The position numbers and the translations under genes are program-made. The notes under the pieces were generated by a model, which worked only from the letters and a program-made list of their open reading frames with translations, was not told the origin of the DNA and made no database searches. Positions 49,662 to 59,081 of a stretch of 64,000 bases of DNA are shown piece after piece. Source of the DNA: an uncultured Bordetella sp. (GTDB lineage: Bacteria > Pseudomonadota > Gammaproteobacteria > Burkholderiales > SG8-39); the NCBI GenBank assembly GCA_964385505.1, contig CAYLPI010000001.1:19902-83901 (forward strand). Reading direction: 5' to 3'. The stretch's first letter is position 1. Every line of letters begins with the position of its first letter.

Positions 49662-52094
49662 ATGGAAGCTGCGGCACGCACCGCCACCGGATGGGACCGT
49701 CTTGCCGAGCCTTCGTGGATTGGCTCGGGCGTGCACCGCCTCGAAGACCGGCGCCTGCTGGTCGGCCACGGCCGCTTCCTCGCCGATGTGGACCTGCCCG
49801 GCATGCGCAATGTGGCCTTTGTGCGCTCCAGCGTCGCGCATGGCGTTCTCGGTGCGATTGCCGCGCCGGCGGGGACGGCGCAAGGGCTGGTCTGGACGGC
49901 AAACGAACTGCAAGGTGTGGCGCGGCCCATGGTCGCCGGGCTGCTGCGCGACGGCTTTCGCCGCGCCGCCTACCCCGCGCTCGCCACCAAACGGGTGCGC
50001 TTTGTCGGTGAAGCCATTGCCGCGGTCATCGGTGGCAGCCGCGCCGAGGCCGACGACCTCGCCGAGGCCATGACCGTCGTCATCGAGCCGCTGGACGCTA
50101 CGGTGGACGCCCTGGCAGCCCTCGCGCCCGGTGCGCCGCGCATTCACGCCGACTGGCCCGACAACAGTTACCTCACGCTCGAGCGCGCGAGCGCCGGTTT
50201 TGACGCGGCGGTTGCGGCGGCCGAGGTGCACATGACGCGACGCTTTCGCATGGCACGCGCCGGGCCGATGCCGATAGAGACCCGCGGCTGTGTCGCCTGG
50301 TTTGACCGGCGCAACGACCAACTGGTGTTGTGGACTTCGACCCAACGGCCGCACCTGATACGCAGTTTTTTGGCGCAGCACCTGGTCGGCTTTGACGAAA
50401 GGCGGGTGCGCGTGGTCGTGCCCGACGTCGGCGGGGCGTTCGGCGTGAAAACCAATTTTTATCCCGAGGAACTCGCGCTTGCGGCCATGGCCGTGCAGCT
50501 TGATCGGCCGCTGCGCTGGATCGAAACGCGTTCCGAACACATGCTGAGCGCCTGTCACGCGCGCGAGCAGTTTCAGACGGTTACGGCGCACGCCATGCGC
50601 GACGGTACACTCGTCGCACTCGATGTGGACATCGTCGGCGACGGCGGTGCCTACTCGATGATCACATCAACCAGCGCGATCGAGGCGAACATGGCGGTCA
50701 GCGTCCTGCCCGGTCCCTACCGTATCGGGCAGTACCGGTTTCGCGCGCGCTCGGCCTGCACCAACAAGACGCCGATAGGCCCGTACCGCGGCGTCGGGCG
50801 GCCGTCGGCGGTGTTCGCGATGGAACGCACCATCGACGAACTGGCGCTTGAACTGCAATTGCAGCCCAATGCGGTAAGGCTGAAAAACGTCGTCACTCCG
50901 GCGGAGTTTCCGTGGAAGACCGCGTCCGGCCTTACCTACGACAGCGGCGACTACCCCGGCCTGATCCGGGCCGCGGAGCGGGCGATGCACGACGCCGGCA
51001 ACAGCCCGGCCGGCGCCCACGAACGCATTGGCACCGGCTTTGCGATGTATGTCGAACAGACGGCCCACGGAGCGGCGGAATTCGTTGCGCGTGGATCGCC
51101 GGTGTTGTATGGGTTTGAATCGGCGCGGGTGAAGCTCGATTTGAGCGGCACGCTCACCGTGGAGGTGGGTGTCCTGTCGCAGGGCCAGGGCCTGGAGACC
51201 ACGCTGGCGCAGGTTGCCGCAGCGGTGAGCGGGTTGCCGCTGCAGCATATCAGCGTGCGCCAGGGCGACACCGATGTTTGTCCCTACGGCATGGGCACCG
51301 TGGCGTCGCGCTCAATGGTCAAATCCGGCGGCGCGGTGTACCACGCCTGTCTCAAACTGACCGACAAGCTGCGCGTGATCGCCGCATCGCAGTTCGGTTG
51401 CACCGCCGCGCAGGTGGTGCTCGCCGGTGGTGCCGCGCACCACGGTGCACGCAAACTCGACTATTCAGAGCTGGCCGACATCGCATGGCAGAACGTGCAA
51501 AAGCTGCCCGCCGGCGTCGAGCCTGGCCTGGAATTTCTGCACCTGTACCGGCCGGAGGTCGAGACCGGCACCTATGCCTCGGGCATGCATGCCGCGCGCG
51601 TGGCCGTGGATATGGAGACCGGTGCGGTGCGCATTATCGACTATGTCGTCGTCGAGGACTGTGGCCAGCAGATCAATCCGGTGATCGTCGAGGGCCAGGT
51701 GCGCGGCGGCGTGGCGCAGGGTATAGGCCAGGCGTTGTCGGAGGCGTTTCGCTTTGATGAAGCGGGCCAGCCGCTTGCGGGCACCCTGATGGACTATGCG
51801 CTGCCCGGATGCGCCGACATGCCGGACATCCGGATCGAGCACCAGCACACCCTTTCGACCTTCAGCGTGTTTGGCATGAAGGGCACCGGCGAGGGCGGCG
51901 CAATCGCGCCGCCTGCGGCCATCGCCAACGCCGTCGGCAATGCGCTTGCCGCGCTCAATATCGGTGTGCACGAAGTGCCCCTTACCGCCAACGCGGTCTG
52001 GAACGCGCTGCATGCCGCGCAGCGACGAAGTGGCGGGGACGGCGCGCAACGCATCTACATTGGCAACCTTCAATCAGCAAAGGAATCCGCATGA
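49662..52094 (+). CDS. xanthine dehydrogenase / CoxL-like molybdopterin-binding large subunit
   Basis: ATG 49662 follows AAGGAA (track start is TTG 49659). 810 aa, GGAFGVK, GPYRGVGRP (form-II CoxL-like AYRGAGR position), FGMKGTGEGG. Confidence 0.88.
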   Translation: MEAAARTATGWDRLAEPSWIGSGVHRLEDRRLLVGHGRFLADVDLPGMRNVAFVRSSVAHGVLGAIAAPAGTAQGLVWTANELQGVARPMVAGLLRDGFRRAAYPALATKRVRFVGEAIAAVIGGSRAEADDLAEAMTVVIEPLDATVDALAALAPGAPRIHADWPDNSYLTLERASAGFDAAVAAAEVHMTRRFRMARAGPMPIETRGCVAWFDRRNDQLVLWTSTQRPHLIRSFLAQHLVGFDERRVRVVVPDVGGAFGVKTNFYPEELALAAMAVQLDRPLRWIETRSEHMLSACHAREQFQTVTAHAMRDGTLVALDVDIVGDGGAYSMITSTSAIEANMAVSVLPGPYRIGQYRFRARSACTNKTPIGPYRGVGRPSAVFAMERTIDELALELQLQPNAVRLKNVVTPAEFPWKTASGLTYDSGDYPGLIRAAERAMHDAGNSPAGAHERIGTGFAMYVEQTAHGAAEFVARGSPVLYGFESARVKLDLSGTLTVEVGVLSQGQGLETTLAQVAAAVSGLPLQHISVRQGDTDVCPYGMGTVASRSMVKSGGAVYHACLKLTDKLRVIAASQFGCTAAQVVLAGGAAHHGARKLDYSELADIAWQNVQKLPAGVEPGLEFLHLYRPEVETGTYASGMHAARVAVDMETGAVRIIDYVVVEDCGQQINPVIVEGQVRGGVAQGIGQALSEAFRFDEAGQPLAGTLMDYALPGCADMPDIRIEHQHTLSTFSVFGMKGTGEGGAIAPPAAIANAVGNALAALNIGVHEVPLTANAVWNALHAAQRRSGGDGAQRIYIGNLQSAKESA

Positions 52095-53092
52095 AAACCA
52101 TGATCCGTTCGTTGGTATTGCTACTTGCCGTCGTGTTGGCGGGTGCGCCGGTGCCGGCATTTGCACAGACCGCACCCGCAGGCGCGGCGCCAGGTTACCC
52201 GTCAAAGCCGATCCGCATCATCGTGCCGTTTCCACCCGGCGGACAGACCGACATCGTCGCCCGCTTCATTGCCGAGGGACTGACCAAGGCCTGGGGGCAG
52301 CAAGTCGTGGTGGAGAACCGTGCCGGCGCCGGCGGCACCATCGGCACCGACTATGTCGCCAAAGCGGCGCCCGATGGATACACGCTGCTGCTATGCACGC
52401 TGGCGGCCAATTCGATCGCGCCCAGCGTCTATCCCAAGCTGCCGTATGACGCGGGCAAGGATTTCACGCCCATCATGGCGCTCACCGGAACGCCTTCTGT
52501 CATCGGCATCAATCCGGCGCTGCCGGTCAAGAACCTGGAAGAGTTCATTGCCTACGTCAAAGCGCGCCCGGGCGAACTTGCGTTCTCCTCGCCGGGGGCG
52601 GGCGTGTCCAGCCACCTGGCGATGGAAAATTTCGCGCTCACCGCGGGGCTCAGGATGATCCATGCCCCGTACAAGGGCAGCGCGCCGGCGTTGAACGCGG
52701 TAATGACCGGTGAAGTTGCCGCGACCTTCGATCCGATCTCGACCTTGGCCCCGCTCGCCAAGGCCGGAAGGGTGCGTGCCATCGCCATGTCGGGGGCAAG
52801 GCGCTCATCCCTGCTTCCCGATGTCCCGACGCTGGCAGAAGCAGGCCTGCGCGGGGTCGAGTCGTATGCCTGGAACGGCCTGATGGGACCCGCGGGGATG
52901 CCGCGCGATATCGTCGCCAGGTTGCACCGGGAGGTCGACATCATCATCAAGAGCGCCGGTCTTCGCGACAGGATGAACGCGCTCGGCACGGACATACTCG
53001 ATATGGGACCCGATGAGTTTGCCACCTATGTGCGCGTCGAGACCGAAAAGTGGGGCGTGATCGCGCGCCGCGTCGGCGCCAAGGCGGAGTGA
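52091..53092 (+). CDS. Bug-family (TctC-like) substrate-binding protein
   Basis: Real part of track ORF 51809..53092. ATG 52091 overlaps the upstream stop (ATGA). MKTMIRSLVLLLAVVLAGAPVPAFAQ...PSKPIRIIVPFPPGGQTD. Confidence 0.88.
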   Translation: MKTMIRSLVLLLAVVLAGAPVPAFAQTAPAGAAPGYPSKPIRIIVPFPPGGQTDIVARFIAEGLTKAWGQQVVVENRAGAGGTIGTDYVAKAAPDGYTLLLCTLAANSIAPSVYPKLPYDAGKDFTPIMALTGTPSVIGINPALPVKNLEEFIAYVKARPGELAFSSPGAGVSSHLAMENFALTAGLRMIHAPYKGSAPALNAVMTGEVAATFDPISTLAPLAKAGRVRAIAMSGARRSSLLPDVPTLAEAGLRGVESYAWNGLMGPAGMPRDIVARLHREVDIIIKSAGLRDRMNALGTDILDMGPDEFATYVRVETEKWGVIARRVGAKAE

Positions 53093-54180
53093 GCGCTGCG
53101 GACGCCAGCCAGGCGGGTTTTGTCGGCGCCGCCGCGGTGCCGCATGCGCCACAGATGCTGTCGCTGCCGCGCAGCGAGGACGCCGCGCAGGTGGCGCGCG
53201 TGCGCGCTGCAATGCAACGCATCGGCGACGGTTTTCGCGCGCAGCGGCCGGACCTGGTGATCGTGATCGGCAACGATCACGGCGACGACTTCATCGTACG
53301 CTCGGTACCGGCCTTCATGTTTCACTGCGGCCCGCGCGCGGCCGGACGCGACGGCCACGGCGGCCACTGGGCCGTTGACGGCGAGGCCGGCTACCGCCTG
53401 GTCGAATTGATGCAGGACGAGGGCTTCGATCCGGCCTTCACGCTCGACGCGCAGCTTGGTACGTTTTTCACCATTCCGATCGAGTTCATGGGCTGGTCGC
53501 GCGAAACCAGCGTGCTGCCGCTGTTTGTCAATTCCTATGTGCCGCCGCAACCCTCGGCGGCGCGCTGTTTCGCGTTCGGACAGGCCTTGTCGCGTGCGGT
53601 GGTGCGCATGGGACGAAGGGCCGTGCTGGTGGCGAGCGGCGGTCTGTCACATTATCCGGGCACCGCGGCGTATGCCGAGCCCGGGCCGCACAATGCGACC
53701 GACGAGAAAATTGTCGAACGCATTAGCGCGGGCAATTTGCGCCATCTGCTGTCCCTTGACGAGGCGGCGCTCGATGCCACCGGCAACATCGAGCTGCGCT
53801 CGTGGTTGATACTCGCCGGCGTCGTAGGTGAGCGCAGGCCTGATGTCGTCAGCTACGAGCCCAACTGGCATCACAACTATGGCACCTTCGGCTGGACTTC
53901 GCTCGGCGCGCTGCCGGCGCCCAAGCTTTATTACACACCCAATCCGACACGGCGGGCCGAACTCGCGCGTGCGCTGTATGCGCTGCGTACCGATGTGTCT
54001 GCGGCGCGGGCGTGGCTGGCCGGTCCGGCTGCGTTTGCGGCCGGATACGCGCTTGCCGCGGACGAGCGCGCCGCGCTCGCGATACTCGACGAGGCGCAGA
54101 TGCGCGATGTGTTTGGCATCCATGCCCTGCTGACCTCTGGCGCGATCCGACACGTTGAAAAACTGAAAAAGGGCAACTGA
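53089..54180 (+). CDS. class-III extradiol ring-cleavage dioxygenase, LigB-like domain fused to a LigA-like C-terminal domain
   Basis: Start set at GTG 53089 (GTGA overlap with the Bug stop, AAGGCGGAG upstream). N-terminus FVGAAAVPHAPQ, VIGNDHGDDF, SGGLSHYPG. C-terminal ~90 aa resemble the small LigA subunit, as in gallate-dioxygenase-type fusions. Confidence 0.8.
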   Translation: MSAADASQAGFVGAAAVPHAPQMLSLPRSEDAAQVARVRAAMQRIGDGFRAQRPDLVIVIGNDHGDDFIVRSVPAFMFHCGPRAAGRDGHGGHWAVDGEAGYRLVELMQDEGFDPAFTLDAQLGTFFTIPIEFMGWSRETSVLPLFVNSYVPPQPSAARCFAFGQALSRAVVRMGRRAVLVASGGLSHYPGTAAYAEPGPHNATDEKIVERISAGNLRHLLSLDEAALDATGNIELRSWLILAGVVGERRPDVVSYEPNWHHNYGTFGWTSLGALPAPKLYYTPNPTRRAELARALYALRTDVSAARAWLAGPAAFAAGYALAADERAALAILDEAQMRDVFGIHALLTSGAIRHVEKLKKGN

Positions 54181-54611
54181 TGAGCAATCCGGCCGTACCG
54201 GCCCGTCAAGGCGGGCGGACTATCGTCACATCCGACGCGCTGCACAAGGTGAAGGTGCCGCTCTCCCATGCGGTCAGGGTCGGCAACCTGGTATTCGTTT
54301 CCGGCACGCCGCCCTACCAGACCGGGCCGGGCGCGGGCTATCGGCAGCTTGCCGTGGGTGACTTTGCCGCGCAGTTCCACCAGAGCATGGCCAACATGAA
54401 GCTGATTCTCGAGGCTGCCGGGTCGTCCCTCGACCGGGTCTGCAAGGTGGTGGTGTTTCTCGGTCGCCGCACGGATTTCGCGCAGATGAACGAACTGTAT
54501 CGCGGCTATTTCAGCGAAGGCGATTATCCGGCACGCACCACGGTCGAGGTCGGGCATGTCGTGCCGGACGTCCTGCTCGAAATCGAATGCGTCGCGGAAG
54601 TGGTGCAATGA
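54180..54611 (+). CDS. RidA (YjgF/YER057c/UK114) family protein
   Basis: 143 aa, VGNLVFVSGTPPY...YPARTTVEVGHVVPDVLLEIECVA. 1-nt overlap (TGATG) with the dioxygenase stop. Confidence 0.88.
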   Translation: MSNPAVPARQGGRTIVTSDALHKVKVPLSHAVRVGNLVFVSGTPPYQTGPGAGYRQLAVGDFAAQFHQSMANMKLILEAAGSSLDRVCKVVVFLGRRTDFAQMNELYRGYFSEGDYPARTTVEVGHVVPDVLLEIECVAEVVQ

Positions 54612-55759
54612 AAGGGCACGCTGAAATCGCCGGCGGTGGCATCGGCGGGCTCGCACTGGGCACCATGCTCTGCCAGCGCGGCTGGAGCGTGCGCGTGCAC
54701 GAACGCGCGCCGGCGATTCGCGAAATCGGCGCCGGGATTTACATCAAGGACAACAGCATCAAGGTGATGGAGGAGGCGGGGATGTTTGCCGCGCTGGCAC
54801 CCCGAGGGACGCGCCTGCTGCGGGCCGATGTCGTCGATAGCGAGGGGCAGCCTTTGCTATCGAGGCCGCACGACACCGAGCGCACGCGCGTCTATGTGTT
54901 TTCGCGCCAGGCCCTGATAGAAGCGTGGCGCGACGCCGCGACCGCGGCCGGCGTAGATGTGGTGACCGGTTCCCAGGTTGCCGGCGCGGAGGCGTCGGGC
55001 GTGCTGATCCTTGGTGACGGAACACGCTGCAAGGCCGATGTGGTGATCGGATGTGATGGTTTCAGTTCGCCGGTGCGCGAGTCGCTGTCGCTGGATGCGC
55101 GATCGAAGTTGCTGCCGACGGTGATCAACCGCTATTTGCTGCCGCACCGGCGTTTCACGCGCGAGCCGGTTACCACCGAGCACTACGCGGGCCAGCGGCG
55201 CATCGGCATTACACCGGCGGGAGATGCGCTGACCTATGTGTTCACTGTCAGTCCGCTGCGCGACGAAATGTCCAACCGCCTGCCGCTGGACGTCGCCGAC
55301 TGGCTGGCGATGTACCCAAGACAGGGTGAGTTGTTCGAACACCTCGCGGCGACCGAGGGCACGTCCTACCAATACTGCCTGGTGCGCTGCCCGCGTTGGC
55401 AAAAAGGACGCGTCGCGCTGGTCGGCGATGCCGCGACGGGCATGCCGCCCACGCTCGGTCAGGGGGCGGGGCTTACCATCATGAACGCCCGCGCCCTGGC
55501 CGAAGCACTCGACCGCTCGCAATCGGTTGAGGCGGCATTGCCCAGATGGGAACATGCGGTGCGCTTTGTAAGTGATTCGACACAGGACTGGGCCTTGCGC
55601 TGGGACTGGATCAGCAGAACCTGCCCGCCGCACCTCGCCTGGCTGAAGCCCATCCTGCTGGGTGCCCTGCGCGCGATGCCCGCAATCAACCGGCGGATGC
55701 GCATCGCTGATCGCGGACTCGATCTTATCCTGCCGCGGGTGCGTGCGGCGACCGGCTAG
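54608..55759 (+). CDS. FAD-dependent aromatic-ring monooxygenase (UbiH / salicylate-hydroxylase class)
   Basis: ATG 54608 overlaps the RidA stop (ATGA). IAGGGIGGLALG dinucleotide fold. VALVGDAATGMPPTLGQGAG. Confidence 0.85.
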   Translation: MKGHAEIAGGGIGGLALGTMLCQRGWSVRVHERAPAIREIGAGIYIKDNSIKVMEEAGMFAALAPRGTRLLRADVVDSEGQPLLSRPHDTERTRVYVFSRQALIEAWRDAATAAGVDVVTGSQVAGAEASGVLILGDGTRCKADVVIGCDGFSSPVRESLSLDARSKLLPTVINRYLLPHRRFTREPVTTEHYAGQRRIGITPAGDALTYVFTVSPLRDEMSNRLPLDVADWLAMYPRQGELFEHLAATEGTSYQYCLVRCPRWQKGRVALVGDAATGMPPTLGQGAGLTIMNARALAEALDRSQSVEAALPRWEHAVRFVSDSTQDWALRWDWISRTCPPHLAWLKPILLGALRAMPAINRRMRIADRGLDLILPRVRAATG

Positions 55760-55905
55760 CTGCATACATACCCGGGCCGGACGCAGCCGGCGGCGGCTGC
55801 AGAACGCCGGCGTGCGGCCGTTGCCATCATGCGCAGAACGGGGCAATATGCCTACTTCGCTTGGTCCATCACTTGCTTGGTATTCCCTTGCATGTGAATT
55901 TGTGA

Positions 55906-55937
55906 ATGTACAGATGTACAGATGTACAGATGTACAA
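55906..55937. repeat. 8-bp tandem repeat ATGTACAG, four copies
   Basis: ATGTACAG ATGTACAG ATGTACAG ATGTACAA, preceded by TGTGAAT t TGTGAAT (55893-55907). Each unit holds the palindrome TGTACA. Confidence 0.85.
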
Positions 55938-55958
55938 AATTGCGATGGCCCCTCGCGG

Positions 55959-55980
55959 GGGACACCCGAGATGGTGTCCC
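55959..55980. promoter_or_regulatory. 8-bp-stem palindrome upstream of the second Bug gene
   Basis: GGGACACC cgagat GGTGTCCC, 42 nt before the ATG at 56022. No U-tract. Confidence 0.35.
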
Positions 55981-56021
55981 GATTCCAATCTCCGCTGAAC
56001 TCGTCCGAGAGCTGATACCTG

Positions 56022-57047
56022 ATGAAAACACCGATGCCCAATGCCTTGAAAAAAACCTCCGCAGCCCGTTCACGCCATGGCGTGTTCGTGTCTGTGCTTG
56101 TTGCCCTGCTCTCAGTGCTTGCGCCCGGTAGCGCAAGCGCCCAAGCCGCATGGCCGACCAAACCGCTGAAAATCATCGTGCCCTTCCCGCCGGGTGGCAC
56201 CACCGACAACCTCGCGCGCCTGCTGGCGCAAAAACTCTCCGAAGCCTACAAGCAGAACGTGCTGGTGGAGAATCGTGCCGGTGCCGCCGGCGTGATCGGC
56301 TCCGATGTCGTGGCCAAATCCGCCCCCGACGGCTACACGCTGCTGCTCTCGAGCCTCGCCTCCCAGGTGATTGCGCCGGTGATCCAAAAGACCCCCTACG
56401 ACGGCTTGCGCGATTTTACGCACATCGCCATTCTTGGCGGTCCGCCCACCGCGATCGCCGTCGGGCCCGGGCTGCCCGATATCAAGGACCTGCAATCCTT
56501 TATTGCGCTGGCCAAGGCCAAGCCCAACAGCGTCGGCTATGCCACACCTGGCAACGGCACCCATGGTCATGTCATCGCCGAGTTGTTCAAGCAGTTGAGC
56601 GGCGCGCAGATCGCACATGTGCCGTACAAGGGTTCCGGTCCGGCCTTCGCCGACCTCGTAGCCGGCCACGTGCCCGCCGCGTCGCTGACGATTTCAGCTT
56701 TGGTGCCGCAAATGCGCACCGGCAAAATCCGTGCGCTCGCCAGCACCTCGGCCAAGCGCCTGGCGGATTTTCCCGATGTGCCGACCTTTGCCGAACTGGG
56801 CTACCCCGGCATGACTGCCATCACGTGGTTTGGCATCGCCGGGCCGGCGAAAATGCCGGCCGAGGTGACCGAGAGTCTCAACCGTGAAATCCGCAAAGCC
56901 ATGCAGGCTGCCGATGTGCGTGAGCGCCTGCAGGCCGAGACCTTCGAGATTCCCGACTACAACGTGACGCAGGCCGGTGACTATGTGCGCAGCGAAACGG
57001 CGCGCTGGCAACCGGTGGCGCGCGCGTCTTCGGCCAAAAATGACTAG
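56022..57047 (+). CDS. Bug-family (TctC-like) substrate-binding protein
   Basis: 341 aa. Signal peptide ending SASAQAA, then PTKPLKIIVPFPPGGTTD. Confidence 0.88.
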   Translation: MKTPMPNALKKTSAARSRHGVFVSVLVALLSVLAPGSASAQAAWPTKPLKIIVPFPPGGTTDNLARLLAQKLSEAYKQNVLVENRAGAAGVIGSDVVAKSAPDGYTLLLSSLASQVIAPVIQKTPYDGLRDFTHIAILGGPPTAIAVGPGLPDIKDLQSFIALAKAKPNSVGYATPGNGTHGHVIAELFKQLSGAQIAHVPYKGSGPAFADLVAGHVPAASLTISALVPQMRTGKIRALASTSAKRLADFPDVPTFAELGYPGMTAITWFGIAGPAKMPAEVTESLNREIRKAMQAADVRERLQAETFEIPDYNVTQAGDYVRSETARWQPVARASSAKND

Positions 57048-57119
57048 GAACGATTAGGACCTCCTGGTTGACCCGGGGGGGCGCGTTGCCGTCCCCCGAT
57101 TCACTTTGTACTGAGCCCC

Positions 57120-58916
57120 ATGCCCACTCCCCTGCCACCAGGCACCGATAATTTCTGGGGCGAATACGGCGCCGACGAATGGTCGGACGCTATTGTCGCG
57201 TCAATGAAGCTCGGCGGCATCGAGCATTTGTTTTTTGTCTCTGGCACCGAGATGAACTACTACCAGGAGGCCACCGCCAAGGCGCAGGTGCGCGGCTGGC
57301 CGGCGCCCAAACTGGTGACGATGATCCACGAATCGGTGGCGCTCAATGCGGCGCTGGGTGTGGCCATGGTCAGCGGCCAGCCTTCGGCCGCGACAGTACA
57401 CGTTGATGTTGGCACACTGCATTACGGTGCCGCGGTGCATACCGCCTGGCGCGGCGCTTATCCGGTGCTGATGACCGCAGGCACCGGCCCACGCGCCTTT
57501 CCGGGTTCGATGCGCGGCGCGCGCGACTCGCATGTGCAGTGGTTGCAGGAGCCGCGCGACCAGGGCGAGATCGTGCGCCAGTACACCAAGGCCGATCACC
57601 GGCTCGAACATCAGGACAATCCGGGCTTGATGGTGAGCCGACTGCTGCAATTGGCGATGAGCGAACCCAGGGGGCCGGTGTACATGTCCATCCCGCGCGA
57701 GACGGCGATGTTGCCGTTGCCGGGCACCACGCGCTTTCCCACGCGCGACCAGCTCGGCGTGTCGCGGCCGCTGTGGCCCGACCCGGATGACGCACGCGCC
57801 ATCGCGCGCTGGCTGGTGAAATCGGAGAACCCGGTGATTTTCACCGACCGCCTCGGCCATGACCCCGACGCCGTGCCCGAACTGGTACGACTGGCAGAAC
57901 TGCTGGCGCTACCGGTCAATGAGTCGAGCAATTCGGACCGCATCAATTTCCCGATGACGCACGCACTGTACGGTACCGGCCCGGCTGCGCCCGATGCCGA
58001 CGTGGTGCTGGTGTTCGAGAGCGTCGCGCCCTACCGGCCCGGACTCGAATCGCCGCCGGCGCAGGCAAAAATCGCTTGGATAAGCGTCGATCCGGTGATG
58101 TCGCGTTTCAAGACCATGGAATTTCGCGCCGACCTGTGGATTGCCGCGACGCCGGGCAAGGTGGCGCGCGCGATACACGATGCGGCCACCGGCATGCTGG
58201 ACCATACCGACCTCGCGCGCATTGCCGCACGCCGGCGGCGGCTCGAGGAAAAGCGTCACAAAGCCTTGGCGCTGCAGACGCAGCAAGCCGCAGCCGCCGG
58301 CAAGCTCGGGCACCCGACCGGGCGCTGGGTCGCGCACGAACTGGGCGGCCTGCTGACGCCCGAAGCCATCGTGCTCAACGACGGCCTCAGCAACGGACCC
58401 TTTGTGCAGAATTACGCCATGCGCGCGCAACCCGGAACCTATTACCGCAGCGGCAGCAGCTCGGGCGGGTGGGGTTCGGGCGCCGCCTTCGGCGCCAAAC
58501 TGGCCGCACCGGAACGCGATGTGGTGCTGGCGAGTGGCGACGGTTACTTTGCGTTCGGCACACCGATGGCGGCGCTGTGGGCCGCGACTTATCACAAGGC
58601 GCCGTTCCTGTCGGTGGTGTTCGTCAACGGCAGCTATAGCACCGGCACCTCGGGCTTGCGCAAATCCTATCCCGAAGGCTATGCGGTAAAGAGCGGCAAT
58701 TATGCGGGCGGCAGTTTTGACCCGCCCCCCGATTTCGCCAAACTGTCCGAAGCCGCCGGTGGTTATGGCGAATACGTCACCGCCACGGCCGCGGTCGGTG
58801 CGGCTTTGCAGCGCGGTCTGCGCGAAGTACGCGCCGGGCGGCCGGCAGTCATCGCGGTGCGTGTACCGGGACCCTTGCAGCAGGACGCAGCGCCGGCGAC
58901 CGCCGGCGGCGATTAA
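57120..58916 (+). CDS. thiamine-diphosphate-dependent enzyme (acetolactate-synthase-like fold)
   Basis: 598 aa. TPP-binding GDG...N motif SGDGYFAFGTPMAALWAATYHKAPFLSVVFVNGSY. Confidence 0.85.
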   Translation: MPTPLPPGTDNFWGEYGADEWSDAIVASMKLGGIEHLFFVSGTEMNYYQEATAKAQVRGWPAPKLVTMIHESVALNAALGVAMVSGQPSAATVHVDVGTLHYGAAVHTAWRGAYPVLMTAGTGPRAFPGSMRGARDSHVQWLQEPRDQGEIVRQYTKADHRLEHQDNPGLMVSRLLQLAMSEPRGPVYMSIPRETAMLPLPGTTRFPTRDQLGVSRPLWPDPDDARAIARWLVKSENPVIFTDRLGHDPDAVPELVRLAELLALPVNESSNSDRINFPMTHALYGTGPAAPDADVVLVFESVAPYRPGLESPPAQAKIAWISVDPVMSRFKTMEFRADLWIAATPGKVARAIHDAATGMLDHTDLARIAARRRRLEEKRHKALALQTQQAAAAGKLGHPTGRWVAHELGGLLTPEAIVLNDGLSNGPFVQNYAMRAQPGTYYRSGSSSGGWGSGAAFGAKLAAPERDVVLASGDGYFAFGTPMAALWAATYHKAPFLSVVFVNGSYSTGTSGLRKSYPEGYAVKSGNYAGGSFDPPPDFAKLSEAAGGYGEYVTATAAVGAALQRGLREVRAGRPAVIAVRVPGPLQQDAAPATAGGD

Positions 58917-58934
58917 CGGCCGGCGGTTAGCGGT

Positions 58935-59081
58935 TCAGGCCGGGCGCAAGCGCGGCAGAAGGCGAAGCGCGTTGTCGCGCTCTATGGGGCGGACCTTTGC
59001 GGCACTCAATCCCGGTGGCGCAACACCGGCGGTGAGTGCGGCGCCATCGCGAAACGGGTAATCCGTGCCTTGGATGACCGG
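58935..59081 (-). pseudogene. C-terminal remnant of an amidohydrolase-2 (ACMSD-like) family gene
   Basis: Last ~48 codons of track ORF 58935..59210 read PVIQGTDYPFRDGAALTAGVAPPGLSAAKVRPIERDNALRLLPRL. This is the usual C-terminal GxDYPF...NAxRLL ending of that family. Nothing upstream resembles the rest of the fold. Confidence 0.4.

Noticed and set aside
51809-52090. N-terminal 94 codons of ORF 51809..53092, plus similar leaders on the leuS, yidC, pckG, ilvA, ntrX, LysM, yqaA-like and LysR ORFs
   Set aside because: The extensions overlap upstream genes or lack homology. Internal starts give canonical N-termini or signal peptides, and often an RBS or stop-start overlap.
55906-55937. A CRISPR array or minisatellite-encoded peptide
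   Set aside because: The units are only 8 bp and contiguous, with no spacers, and no cas genes are present. The ORF spanning them (55662..56015) has no coding signature.
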